Positions 28,789-37,334 of a stretch of DNA of 64,000 nt are shown in pieces. The notes beneath the pieces were generated by a model. It was given only the letters and a program-made list of their open reading frames with translations. It did not search any database and was not told the DNA's origin. Every line of letters begins with the position of its first letter. Positions within the stretch are counted from its first letter, which is position 1. Location of the stretch: positions 17,591 through 81,590 of the forward strand of contig CAUWNS010000002.1 in NCBI GenBank assembly GCA_963560245.1, written 5' to 3'. Source of the stretch: an uncultured Clostridia bacterium (GTDB lineage Bacteria > Bacillota > Clostridia > Oscillospirales > Ruminococcaceae). The position numbers and the translations under genes are program-made.

Positions 28789-28830
28789 AAAAGAAACCTC
28801 CTTAAATCCGTTTTCTTTAGTATAACACAA

Positions 28831-28893
28831 AATATCATAAATACAATAATTATTTATTGAAACACAATAAATAATTATTGTATTTATGATATT
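28831..28893. repeat. 29-bp perfect inverted repeat with 5-nt spacer (candidate operator)
   Basis: Arms 28831-28859 and 28865-28893 are exact reverse complements (AATATCATAAATACAATAATTATTTATTG). Each arm contains the 10-bp palindrome AATAATTATT. The proximal arm overlaps the -35 of the TGtTATACT promoter of the DUF2975/HTH operon. Confidence 0.8.
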
Positions 28894-28897
28894 CCAT

Positions 28898-28927
28898 AAA
28901 AAAGCCCGGCCGGAGCCGGGCTTTTTT
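28898..28927 (-). terminator. Rho-independent terminator after the 2-hydroxyacid dehydrogenase gene
   Basis: AGCCCGGC/GCCGGGCT stem, loop CGGA, flanked by an A-run and a T-run. Confidence 0.85.
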
Positions 28928-28932
28928 ATACT

Positions 28933-29901
28933 CTAACGATTATTCAGTTTCCGATACCCGGTTTCCAAATCGACCACGCTTTTTAAAGGTTTCCCCTCTA
29001 AAAATGCCCGGATATTGGACGCACAATGTCTGGCTAACCGGTTCTGGGTTTCCGGCAAGGTCCCTCCGCCGGAAATATGAGGAGTAATATGAATGCCTCT
29101 GGCAGACCACAGCGGGTGCTCCGGCGGAAGAGGTTCCGGATCCGTCACATCCAGAGCGGCACCCAACAATTTCCCCGCGTTAAGAACTTCACAAAGGGCG
29201 TTTGTATCAATGGCCGTCCCGCGTCCCACATTGACAAGAACTGCATCCTCTTTCATCAGGGAAAGCCTGTGCGCATTGATGATTTGATAGGTTTGCTCTG
29301 TTCCCGGCAAACTCAATGCAAGTATATCCGCACGTGGAATCAGTTCGTCCAGTTCCTCGGTAAGATGAATTTCATCCAGGTATTCCGGCCTCGTTAAATC
29401 TGTTCTCCTGACGCCAATCGTATATCCGCCAAGTGCTTTTACTCTCTTTGCAAATTCTCCCCCAATATCGCCTAAACCGACTATCAGGGCTGTGGAACCA
29501 TAGACGGATTTTGCATATCCCATCCGTTTCCAGGCGCCCGTTTTCTGGTTATCATGGTATTTTTCCAGATGATTGAACATCTGCATAACACATGCCAGCA
29601 TATACTCACTGATTGCAAGGCCGTAGGTTCCTGTTGCACAGGCGAAAATGCACCCTTCCGGAATGGTTTCCCTGCTATACTGATTTGTCCCCGCACTTTG
29701 CAGCTGGAGTAATTTCAGGCGATGGGCGCCTTTTAAAAATTCCGGTTTTGGATTACCCACAATCATATCCGCTGCATGAACCATATCCCGGGTAACTTCT
29801 TTAGGAAGAACGTATTCAAAAACAGCATTTGGAGCCGCCTGCTGCAAAATGCTCTTTTGTTCTTTTGTAAAATCAACCATAACAAGAATTTTCTCCTGCA
29901 T
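28933..29901 (-). CDS. D-isomer-specific 2-hydroxyacid dehydrogenase family protein
   Basis: NAD-binding GLGDIGGEFAKR. VNVGRG and ITPHISG segments. Confidence 0.9.
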   Translation of the reverse strand: MQEKILVMVDFTKEQKSILQQAAPNAVFEYVLPKEVTRDMVHAADMIVGNPKPEFLKGAHRLKLLQLQSAGTNQYSRETIPEGCIFACATGTYGLAISEYMLACVMQMFNHLEKYHDNQKTGAWKRMGYAKSVYGSTALIVGLGDIGGEFAKRVKALGGYTIGVRRTDLTRPEYLDEIHLTEELDELIPRADILALSLPGTEQTYQIINAHRLSLMKEDAVLVNVGRGTAIDTNALCEVLNAGKLLGAALDVTDPEPLPPEHPLWSARGIHITPHISGGGTLPETQNRLARHCASNIRAFLEGKPLKSVVDLETGYRKLNNR

Positions 29902-30180
29902 AAAGAACCCTCCTTTTCTCTTTTATTATAGGAGTTCCCTAAATGAAAGTAAAGCGGTTACCCGTATACCTTATACAAAATACAATAATTTTACAAAACA
30001 TAGAAAAACAGAGTATACTCTTGTTTTGAATACCAAAACCCTTGTCAATATGGATTAATTTATTGATATAAATTCAGGAATATGAATAAAAATTTTAGAT
30101 AGAGACTTATATCAATCGCTTTGTTGCACTTGCGTACAAAAACCATCCGTGCTAAATTAATAACAAAGGAAAGTGATAAA

Positions 30181-30213
30181 CTTGAGAGCGCATACATGCG
30201 CTCTCAAGTTTTG
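30181..30213 (+). terminator. Terminator-like hairpin in the leader of the MATE gene
   Basis: 12-bp perfect stem CTTGAGAGCGCA/TGCGCTCTCAAG, loop TACA, followed by TTTTG. Ends 35 nt before ATG 30248. Confidence 0.5.
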
Positions 30214-30247
30214 TCTGAAATTTTAGGAAAGCTGGAATTTACACACC

Positions 30248-31693
30248 ATGAAGCTGAATTTTTTAAACCAAAGCACCGAGTACCGCCGGAATATGATATT
30301 AAAGGGCAATACACTCAAGACCCTGCTTTTTCTATCTGTACCAACCCTGATGCTCAGTCTTGTCCAATGCCTGATGCCGCTCAGTGACTCCTTTTTTATC
30401 AACAATGTCGCCGGTACCTATGTGGCCGGGGCAGTTGCCTACTGTCAGCCAGTCATCAATCTGATGGTCGCCCTTTCACAGGGGCTCGGCGTTGCCACTA
30501 TGGCGATGATTGGCCAGATGAACGGACGGGGTGATTTTAGAGGCGCCCGGCATCTTTCCACCCAGATTTTTATACTGGGATTTTGTATCGGCCTTTGTTT
30601 AGCGCCCATCCTGGCATTGCTGTCCATTCCTTTGGGGCAAAGTGTGGAGACTGCCCTTTCGGCAAATGTGACCAAATACATTTCTCTGTACGCGGCTGTC
30701 CTTCCCTTTCAGTTTTTAATCGCTTTATTTAACGGAATTAAAAATGCAACCGGCAAACCAGAATCCACTTTTACCCCGATGGCAATTATGCTGGTGCTGA
30801 AAATCATTTTCAGTCTGATTTTTATAGTATGGCTCCGTTTAGAAGTTTTTGGCTGTGTACTTGCTTCCTTCTGTGCGACTTTCCTGGTTGCCTGCTGGAT
30901 GTTTTATGTGCTGTTTCTGCATAAGGGGGACGATCAGCTGACGCTCAAGGGATTCCGGTTTGATTTTGAAATCCTCAAGGAACTAATCCGTCTCGGCGTT
31001 CCTTCCATGCTCAACTCTGTCATGCTGAGTCTGGGGTTCCTGCTGATAAACTTTGAGGTGCGCAAGTACGGCGCTGTCGCTCTGACTGGACAGAGTATTG
31101 CAAACAGTATCAGTCAAATCTGTTTTAACCTTCCTTCAGCCTTTGGTTCCGCGGTTACTACCATGGTCAGTATGAACATAGGCGCCGGATTTAGTAAAAA
31201 AGCAAAGAAATCCTGTACCACTGCAACGATTTTAAGCGTTGTTACCGCAGTCATTATGATTGCCATTATGGTACCGCTCGCACCCTATATCACCGTTTTC
31301 TTTACCAAAGACGCTCAGGTAATGGAAATGGCCAACAAGGCATTAAGCATTTATGTATATGCAGTCGTAGGATTTGGCATCTGTATGGTGCAGCAGGGTG
31401 CTTTTATTGGATTGGGACGAACAAAAATACCTCTTGTAGCCGGCATCCTGCGTATTTGGCTGTTCCGCTATCTGTTTATTCTGTGTACCGAGAGTTTTCT
31501 CGGTGTATATTCCGTATTCTGGGGAAATCTATTTTCCAACTACATGGCGGCAGTTGTCACGACCATACTCATTCTCCGTACAAAATGGGTCTCTGCGATC
31601 CCCCAGAGTCAGAATGAAAATTTCAAAAAGGGAGAACTGGAACAGGAACTCCCGAAAGAAAAAAAGGCTGTGACTGCCGCTGAAAAAGAGTAG
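30248..31693 (+). CDS. MATE family efflux transporter
   Basis: About 12 TM. MATE-like N-terminus (LKTLLFLSVPTLMLSLVQCLMPLSDSFFI). Confidence 0.9.
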   Translation: MKLNFLNQSTEYRRNMILKGNTLKTLLFLSVPTLMLSLVQCLMPLSDSFFINNVAGTYVAGAVAYCQPVINLMVALSQGLGVATMAMIGQMNGRGDFRGARHLSTQIFILGFCIGLCLAPILALLSIPLGQSVETALSANVTKYISLYAAVLPFQFLIALFNGIKNATGKPESTFTPMAIMLVLKIIFSLIFIVWLRLEVFGCVLASFCATFLVACWMFYVLFLHKGDDQLTLKGFRFDFEILKELIRLGVPSMLNSVMLSLGFLLINFEVRKYGAVALTGQSIANSISQICFNLPSAFGSAVTTMVSMNIGAGFSKKAKKSCTTATILSVVTAVIMIAIMVPLAPYITVFFTKDAQVMEMANKALSIYVYAVVGFGICMVQQGAFIGLGRTKIPLVAGILRIWLFRYLFILCTESFLGVYSVFWGNLFSNYMAAVVTTILILRTKWVSAIPQSQNENFKKGELEQELPKEKKAVTAAEKE

Positions 31694-31724
31694 TTTTTCA
31701 CCCAAACAAACTGTTTGATTATAC

Positions 31725-31762
31725 AATGCCGTTGCCCCGAGGGGCAACGGCATTGCTTTTTT
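31725..31762 (+). terminator. Rho-independent terminator after the MATE gene
   Basis: 15-bp stem CAATGCCGTTGCCCC/GGGGCAACGGCATTG followed by CTTTTTT. Confidence 0.9.
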
Positions 31763-31816
31763 GCAATTGTCATCTATTGTATCACAAAATGGCGCTTTTC
31801 ATTGGAGCAGCCCATA

Positions 31817-32350
31817 CTAATACGAAGTGTTTTTTGTGTCCGGGTTCATATTGTGTAATAACTCTTCGATTTCCCGCTGATTATGCAAAACAATCGTTTT
31901 CTCTTTAAATCGCAAGACACGCCCTTTTGTTCCATCCTCTCCAGTATCATAATTTTTGGCCCAGCGGAACATCGCCCTGAGCATAGCAAGATGAGGCCTG
32001 TAAATACATTTTTCCAGTCCAAGCCTCTGTTTTATCCATCGGGTTACAATACGTTTCCTGCGGACAACCAGGGGGATTTCCAGCAAAAGGATATAATCTG
32101 ATTGTTCCATTCCCTCCAAAAATCACTTCCGTCCGGCATCCTCTATGATATAATCCGATTTGCCGAGTATCGATTGAAACAGGGCATCCCGCTCCTTTTC
32201 CGGGCGTTTCCGATTGCCCCAGGAATCGGATACATCCTCAACATACACCACTTCATCCAGGTGATAGCAGGGAATCCCGGTAATCCGGGAGATTCTGCGG
32301 GCCAACGTCGATTTCCCACTTGCAACTGAACCGACAATATACAATTTCAT
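31817..32350 (-). pseudogene. P-loop NTPase (FlaR / topology-modulation-like) interrupted by one in-frame TGA
   Basis: Track ORFs 32123..32350 and 31817..32119 are in the same frame: ..IIEDAGRK-TGA-FLEGMEQSDYILLLE... P-loop GSVASGKST at the N-terminus. Confidence 0.7.
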
Positions 32351-32535
32351 TTTCTATTCCTTTCTTTAAAAACAGGAGATACCCCATGCCGTGTTTACAT
32401 ACAAATTTTCACTGTGAATTAGGCGCCGCTATCCTAAAAACAAAAACCTACGATACACAAGCCGTATACCACAGGTTTGGGTTTGTGCTACAGAAAAGAT
32501 ACTGCTATAGGCGCGAGAGCAAGTCCATAAACAAA

Positions 32536-32568
32536 GCAAAAACCCCGAGCGCGGCTTGCGCATCGAGG
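32536..32568 (-). terminator. Terminator downstream of tRNA-Arg
   Basis: Minus strand CCTCGATGCGC..GCGCTCGGGG hairpin (one bulge) followed by TTTTTGCTTTGTTT. Confidence 0.6.
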
Positions 32569-32576
32569 TTCTCGAC

Positions 32577-32653
32577 TGGCGCGCCAAAAGGGATTCGAAC
32601 CCCCGGCCTTCCCCTTAGGAGGGGGACGCTCTATCCGGCTGAGCTATTGGCGC
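32577..32653 (-). tRNA. tRNA-Arg (anticodon CCU), CCA encoded
   Basis: Minus strand GCGCCAATAGCTCAGCCGGATAGAGCGTCCCCCTCCTAAGGGGAAGGCCGGGGGTTCGAATCCCTTTTGGCGCGCCA. Cloverleaf with anticodon loop CU-CCU-AA and T-loop GGTTCGAATCC. Confidence 0.9.
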
Positions 32654-32887
32654 ATATTAAAATATGAAATCATCAAAAACGCTTTTGATTCTCTTTACAA
32701 AGGACATCTCACCTTTATGGAAGGATCGCAATTCAAAAGACGTCTTCTTTTATCATATTCATTCTGCCTGATTTCGTCAAGCCTTTCCTGGCGTAAATTC
32801 TTAATTTTCCAGAGATTTTTATTCCCTACCAAGGAAATGCGTTTTCTGCTATACTGATTTTGGTAGGGAATCACAATAACTTTAATA

Positions 32888-33253
32888 ATGGTTTTCTTTA
32901 CTTCGCTCATACCGATCACCATGTTTCTGATTGAACTGCTGTGGAATAAACATCCTCCAAAGAAAATCAATTCTATATACGGGTATCGCACCATCCGTTC
33001 CATGAAAAACAGAGAAACCTGGGAGTTTGCACATAAACTCTGTGCGAAAATCCGGACTATATGCGGGATTTCCTTGGAAGTGTTTTCCATTCTTGTTATC
33101 ATGCTGTTCTCTGCATATTGGGATACGGCTGCCGCAATCCTCCTGATAATCCAGCTTTTCGTCTTATTGGGCTCTTTTTATTCCCAGTGGAATCTGCACT
33201 CAAACGAAACTTTACAGAAAATGGACAGCGAAAAAAACAGGCTTCTCCAATAG
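32888..33253 (+). CDS. SdpI/YhfL-family small membrane protein
   Basis: 3-4 TM. Motif NSIYGYRTIRSMKNRETWEFAH resembles the SdpI family. No SdpR-like gene adjacent. Confidence 0.6.
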   Translation: MVFFTSLIPITMFLIELLWNKHPPKKINSIYGYRTIRSMKNRETWEFAHKLCAKIRTICGISLEVFSILVIMLFSAYWDTAAAILLIIQLFVLLGSFYSQWNLHSNETLQKMDSEKNRLLQ

Positions 33254-33450
33254 GTGAAAGGCCTGTTTTCTATCAGAATTCTAATGACGAATAGTACAGG
33301 ACGACCAGTTTCCTCCCTATTTTACATGTTTTTAAGTTCTCGCCGTTTTGAGCAGTCAACTGTTTTTCCCGGATGGCCTGTTGAAATTCTTTTAAAGAGA
33401 TCCCCATTTTTCTTTTTAAAACAAAAGACGCCCTGATCTGTGCGGGAAAC

Positions 33451-33705
33451 TCACTGGAAATAGTAATTTTTGCTTTCCTTGATAAACCCGGAAGTTTCCA
33501 CAGGGACTTTAAACGGGACTTTCCTACTCCCTACTCCGGCATGTGTAAGCAGGGAACGATCCATGGCGCAGACAAAGGCCAGCCGGTTTCCATTGACACG
33601 TACTCGAAACCGACCCGTACTGACAAAAGCCCTCTGCGTTTTTCACCGTTTACAAAACCACAGGGCTGCGGGTGGACTGAAATATTTTATTTTCCAATCG
33701 ATCAT
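33451..33705 (-). pseudogene. Possible RelE/ParE/HigB-like toxin remnant with in-frame TGA
   Basis: My own translation: MIDWKIKYFSPPAALWFCKR-TGA-KTQRAFVSTGRFRVRVNGNRLAFVCAMDRSLLTHAGVGSRKV... The segment RVRVNGNRLAF..LLTHAGVGSRK loosely matches the RelE-type pattern. Each part is below the ORF-track size cut-off. Confidence 0.25.
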
Positions 33706-33840
33706 AGCTCCTCTTCTTCTCCTGAATGACAGAAAAAAAGAAATCATGGAGCTATTCTATGAGCCATATTGAATTTTCCCCTTTATCAACACTTCAACAT
33801 AGCGAAGATTGACGGAAACCTGAAACTCATTTCAGAACAT

Positions 33841-33874
33841 AAAAAGCTCCGGAACCCCAAAAGGTTCCGGAGCT
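33841..33874 (-). terminator. Rho-independent terminator after the S4-domain gene
   Basis: AGCTCCGGAACC/GGTTCCGGAGCT 12-bp stem. T-run on the minus strand (33841-33845). Confidence 0.85.
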
Positions 33875-33903
33875 TTCACTGACAGGGGATTCCAGCAGCA
33901 GAA

Positions 33904-34146
33904 TCAGGACATCACTTCGTACTGGGAAGAAGCGGTTTCCTTGGTCGCATATTCAGACACGCCAAGCACTTTTACTTTCATTGGGCGCTGGCCCAAATTG
34001 ATTTCGATGATATCCCCAAGCTTCACATCATAGGACGCGCGGGCGACCTTGCCGTTCACACTGATCCGCCCGGCGTCGCATGCCTCGTTTGCAATGGTTC
34101 TGCGCTTGATCAGGCGGGTAATTTTCAAATATTTATCCAATCTCAT
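33904..34146 (-). CDS. S4-domain RNA-binding protein (YabO/Hsp15-like)
   Basis: RLDKYLKITRLIKRRTIANEACDAGRISVNGKVA. SD AGAGGAA before ATG 34146 (track ORF extends to 34236). Confidence 0.85.
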   Translation of the reverse strand: MRLDKYLKITRLIKRRTIANEACDAGRISVNGKVARASYDVKLGDIIEINLGQRPMKVKVLGVSEYATKETASSQYEVMS

Positions 34147-34251
34147 AATCATTCCTCTTTTCTGCTGACAGTCCAGAAAGACCGTTTTTCCATACCGTTT
34201 ACCAAAAGAAAAGGGCAGAGATTTTTCTCTGCCCAAAAAAGATACCGGTTC

Positions 34252-34524
34252 TTATTTGATTGCGTCTTTGAACGCTTTGCCAGCCTTGAATACCGGAGCT
34301 TTGGAAGCCGGGATCGTCATAGCTTCTTTAGTTCTTGGGTTTCTTCCAGTTCTCTCTGCACGCTCTCTGATTTCAAAAGTACCGAAGCCAACGAGCTGAA
34401 CCTTTTCACCCTTTGCAAGGGTCTCTGTAATGGATTCGATAACGGCTGCGACTGCCTTGTCGGCATCTTTTTTGGTGAGTTCTGCTTTTTCTGCAACTGC
34501 ATTGATCAGATCTGTTTTGGTCAT
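34252..34524 (-). CDS. hup: DNA-binding protein HU
   Basis: 90-aa HU sequence ([33 protein letters not shown]..). Confidence 0.95.
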   Translation of the reverse strand: MTKTDLINAVAEKAELTKKDADKAVAAVIESITETLAKGEKVQLVGFGTFEIRERAERTGRNPRTKEAMTIPASKAPVFKAGKAFKDAIK

Positions 34525-34597
34525 GGTTTAAAACCTCCGTTATTTTACACTTAAATTTATAAACAACGCGTTTTCAGAGGAATCCCTCTTTCGCGCT

Positions 34598-35401
34598 TTA
34601 TAGCGTTTCTTTTGCTTTCACCTGTGCCCAATAGGCATTGAGCGTTTCCATCGGCAGTTGTGTGAGATCTTCTCCTTTTTCCTGCGCGATTTTCTGCATC
34701 TCTGCAAATCTGCGGATAAACTTCTCACAGCTGCATGTCAGCGCATACTCCGCATCGACACCGCAATGACGGGAAACATTGACCGCAGAAAACAGGACAT
34801 CCCCCAACTCTTCCTCAATATTTCGCGAATCGCCCTTTTGAAGCGCGGCTTTCAGTTCCGCAATTTCACTCTCCAAATCAGAGAGCGCCTGAAGACTGTC
34901 CGTATAGTCGAATTTTGCACGCGCGGCGCGCTGGCCGATTTTTTGGCTGCGCATCAGCGCCGGAAGGGTGGCAGGCACACTGACAAGGGTATCCGCCGCG
35001 CTCTGCCCCTTTTGTTTTTGCTTAATGGCGTCCCAGTTTTTCAGGACATCTTCACTTGTATTCGCCACCACATCAGAAAAGATATGCGGATGACGCACGA
35101 TCATCTTTTTGCAGATTCCGTCCGCCACATCGTCAAAAGTGAATTTTCCCTCTTCCCGACACATCTGTGCATGAAAAACCACCTGAAACAGCACATCTCC
35201 GAGTTCCTCTTTCATCAGTTCGTCATCGGACTGATCAATGGCTTCACAGACCTCATAGACTTCCTCGATAAAGTTCTGACGCACACTCTCATGCGTTTGC
35301 TCCCGATCCCATGGACAGCCGTTTTCCGAACGGAGGACTTTGACAATCTCCAGAAGATCCTCCATGTGGTAATGCTCTTTCTTTTCAAAATCAACCGCCA
35401 T
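34598..35401 (-). CDS. mazG: Nucleoside triphosphate pyrophosphohydrolase MazG
   Basis: Two MazG-type acidic helices (FIEEVYEVCEAI; IEEELGDVLFSAV). Confidence 0.9.
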   Translation of the reverse strand: MAVDFEKKEHYHMEDLLEIVKVLRSENGCPWDREQTHESVRQNFIEEVYEVCEAIDQSDDELMKEELGDVLFQVVFHAQMCREEGKFTFDDVADGICKKMIVRHPHIFSDVVANTSEDVLKNWDAIKQKQKGQSAADTLVSVPATLPALMRSQKIGQRAARAKFDYTDSLQALSDLESEIAELKAALQKGDSRNIEEELGDVLFSAVNVSRHCGVDAEYALTCSCEKFIRRFAEMQKIAQEKGEDLTQLPMETLNAYWAQVKAKETL

Positions 35402-35441
35402 AGTCCGTCCTCCTCACAATGACCGCGAAATCATTCTTATC

Positions 35442-37193
35442 TTAACCGATAAACCCGCGTTTTTCAAGGGCTTTTGCGATTTTTTCTCCCTTTGGAAGCA
35501 TAAGGACGTCATCTTTTTGCAGGGTTTTTGTGACAAGCAGAGCAATCAGATAAATTCCACCTCCCAAAATCACCGCCAAAACTGTCGCAGTCTTTTGTCC
35601 AATCACTCTTGCAAGCAGGCCATAGCCCGCCCAGGCTGCTGCCACACACATTCCCCCACACAGGAGCGGTTTTATAAAAACGCTTCCCACATGGAAAGAA
35701 AGCTTTGTCAGGCGCTTCAGGCTGATAAGGCTTGCCAGCACAATAAACGCATAACACCCGATGGTTCCAACTGGGGCGCCCTGAATATTTACCTGTGGGA
35801 TCGCAACCAGGACAAAATTCACCCCCAGTTTTATACCGGCGCCGATGAGCATAAATTTCACTGGCAGATCGGCACGCCCAATGGCCTGGAGAATGCTGTA
35901 CACCGGGGAGGCAATCGCCACAAAAATCACGGCAATGCCCATTGTACGAAGCAGAGGGGCGGCAACCAGCACCTCCTGCGGACGGGCCCCAAACAGCAGA
36001 TTCAGGATTGGCTCTGACAATACCGTGAGGCCAAGTCCCGCTGGAAGGGCGACCAGGGCAGTAATCCGGAGCACGGATTCGATGTTCTTTTGCGTCTCCC
36101 GCCGGTTCCGGCGCGTCCAGGCAGTTGTCACCGAAGGCAGGGCGCTGACGCCAAAAGTAACGGTAATGGAGGGAACCAGATTAAAAATAGTCACTGCCAG
36201 CCCCTGATAACAGCCCCAGAGATAGTTTGGCAGTCCTGACAGCTCCATATTCTGCGGAACCATCCCCTCATACATGGATAGGATCTCCTTGGGGGCGGAA
36301 GTGATGGCCGCGCCCAACCGGTTCATGACAGAAAACAGATCCACAATGGAAGTCAAATTTGTCACCAGCGAACCCAGGCATACCGGTACGGCAATCACAA
36401 CCAGCTCCTTGAGCAAAATCCTTCTTCCCTGAGGGGGCGGAGCGCGGTGTAGCTCCTTCTCTTGAATACCATCCCCCAGGATTTTGTGCCGTACCATCAA
36501 AAAAAGCATGCCGAAACAGGTGCTCAACGTCACACCCGCTACTGCCGCCGCAGCGGCAAATTGCAGTACCAAAAGATCCGCCTGCTGCTGATTCGCGGCA
36601 AACCGGCCGAAAACCAGCCCCGTACTGCGATAACTCTGCCTGCCATAGAAGATGGCGGCATAGCTTAGTCCCAAACCGAGCACAAGCTTCACAGCGGCCT
36701 CAATCACCTGAGAAACCCCTGTAGGATACATATTGCGCAATCCCTCATAATAGCCGCGGTAGGCCGCCATAACACAGCTGAAAAACAGGGCGGGGGAGAT
36801 GGCAGCCACTGCCCAAAATGCACCCGGGTTTCCGGACAGCCTGACAAATGCGCCGCTTCCCAGCAGTATGACGCCAAGCCCCGCCAGACCCGCCACGGCC
36901 AGAAACAATCTGGACAGCGAAAAAATGCGGCGGACGTCCCGGTATCTGCCTGCCGCGGCATTGGCGGCTACCACCTTGGAAACTGCAACGGGAAGGCCCG
37001 CCACTGCCAGCGCCACAATGGGATTGTACAATCCATAGGCAGTCGTAAAATACCCCATACCCTCTCCTCCAATCAGAATGGAGAGAGGGATTTTAAAAAC
37101 CGCTCCAATGAGCTTCACCACCACAGTCGCCGCCGCCAAAATCAACGCGCCGTGCAAAAAGCTCTGTTTGTTCCTGCTCCTGTCCTGCCGCAT
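35442..37193 (-). CDS. MOP-superfamily flippase (MurJ/SpoVB/YabM-like)
   Basis: About 14 TM. Its position upstream of mazG mirrors Bacillus yabM-yabN. Start at ATG 37193 (MRQDRSRNKQSFLHGALIL..) preferred; 37232 or 37295 are possible. Confidence 0.8.
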   Translation of the reverse strand: MRQDRSRNKQSFLHGALILAAATVVVKLIGAVFKIPLSILIGGEGMGYFTTAYGLYNPIVALAVAGLPVAVSKVVAANAAAGRYRDVRRIFSLSRLFLAVAGLAGLGVILLGSGAFVRLSGNPGAFWAVAAISPALFFSCVMAAYRGYYEGLRNMYPTGVSQVIEAAVKLVLGLGLSYAAIFYGRQSYRSTGLVFGRFAANQQQADLLVLQFAAAAAVAGVTLSTCFGMLFLMVRHKILGDGIQEKELHRAPPPQGRRILLKELVVIAVPVCLGSLVTNLTSIVDLFSVMNRLGAAITSAPKEILSMYEGMVPQNMELSGLPNYLWGCYQGLAVTIFNLVPSITVTFGVSALPSVTTAWTRRNRRETQKNIESVLRITALVALPAGLGLTVLSEPILNLLFGARPQEVLVAAPLLRTMGIAVIFVAIASPVYSILQAIGRADLPVKFMLIGAGIKLGVNFVLVAIPQVNIQGAPVGTIGCYAFIVLASLISLKRLTKLSFHVGSVFIKPLLCGGMCVAAAWAGYGLLARVIGQKTATVLAVILGGGIYLIALLVTKTLQKDDVLMLPKGEKIAKALEKRGFIG

Positions 37194-37334
37194 ATCCTGC
37201 ACCGCCTTTTCCTGCCGGCTTCTTACCGGCATCCGATATCCCGCCCATTCCCAGGGCGGCTTCGCGCCCCTATTTACAGAATCGGGTATCTCCACTATTT
37301 TTATTCAGGATATGGGACAAATTATGCTCCGTGC

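Noticed and set aside
30121-30387. 88-aa plus-strand ORF overlapping the MATE start
   Set aside because: It is out of frame with the MATE gene, spans the leader hairpin, and has a TTG start without an SD.
32123-33645. TGA recoding (genetic code 4/25 or selenocysteine) as the explanation for the two in-frame TGAs
   Set aside because: TGA is used as a genuine stop by housekeeping genes in this window (for example birA at 13410-13412, the amidase, cdaA and the FAD protein). No SECIS-like hairpin follows either TGA. Nonsense mutation is the simpler explanation.
34658-35422. 254-aa plus-strand ORF, and similar long antisense ORFs at 6535..7209, 3477..4175, 41089..42000, 48787..49455, 51333..52073, 55239..55883, 59982..60668 and 61089..62009
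   Set aside because: Each lies opposite a gene with strong family motifs (mazG, SBP, G5/3D, hemZ, recJ, FAD protein, desulfurase, YfhO, antiporter). None has a ribosome-binding site or recognisable motif.
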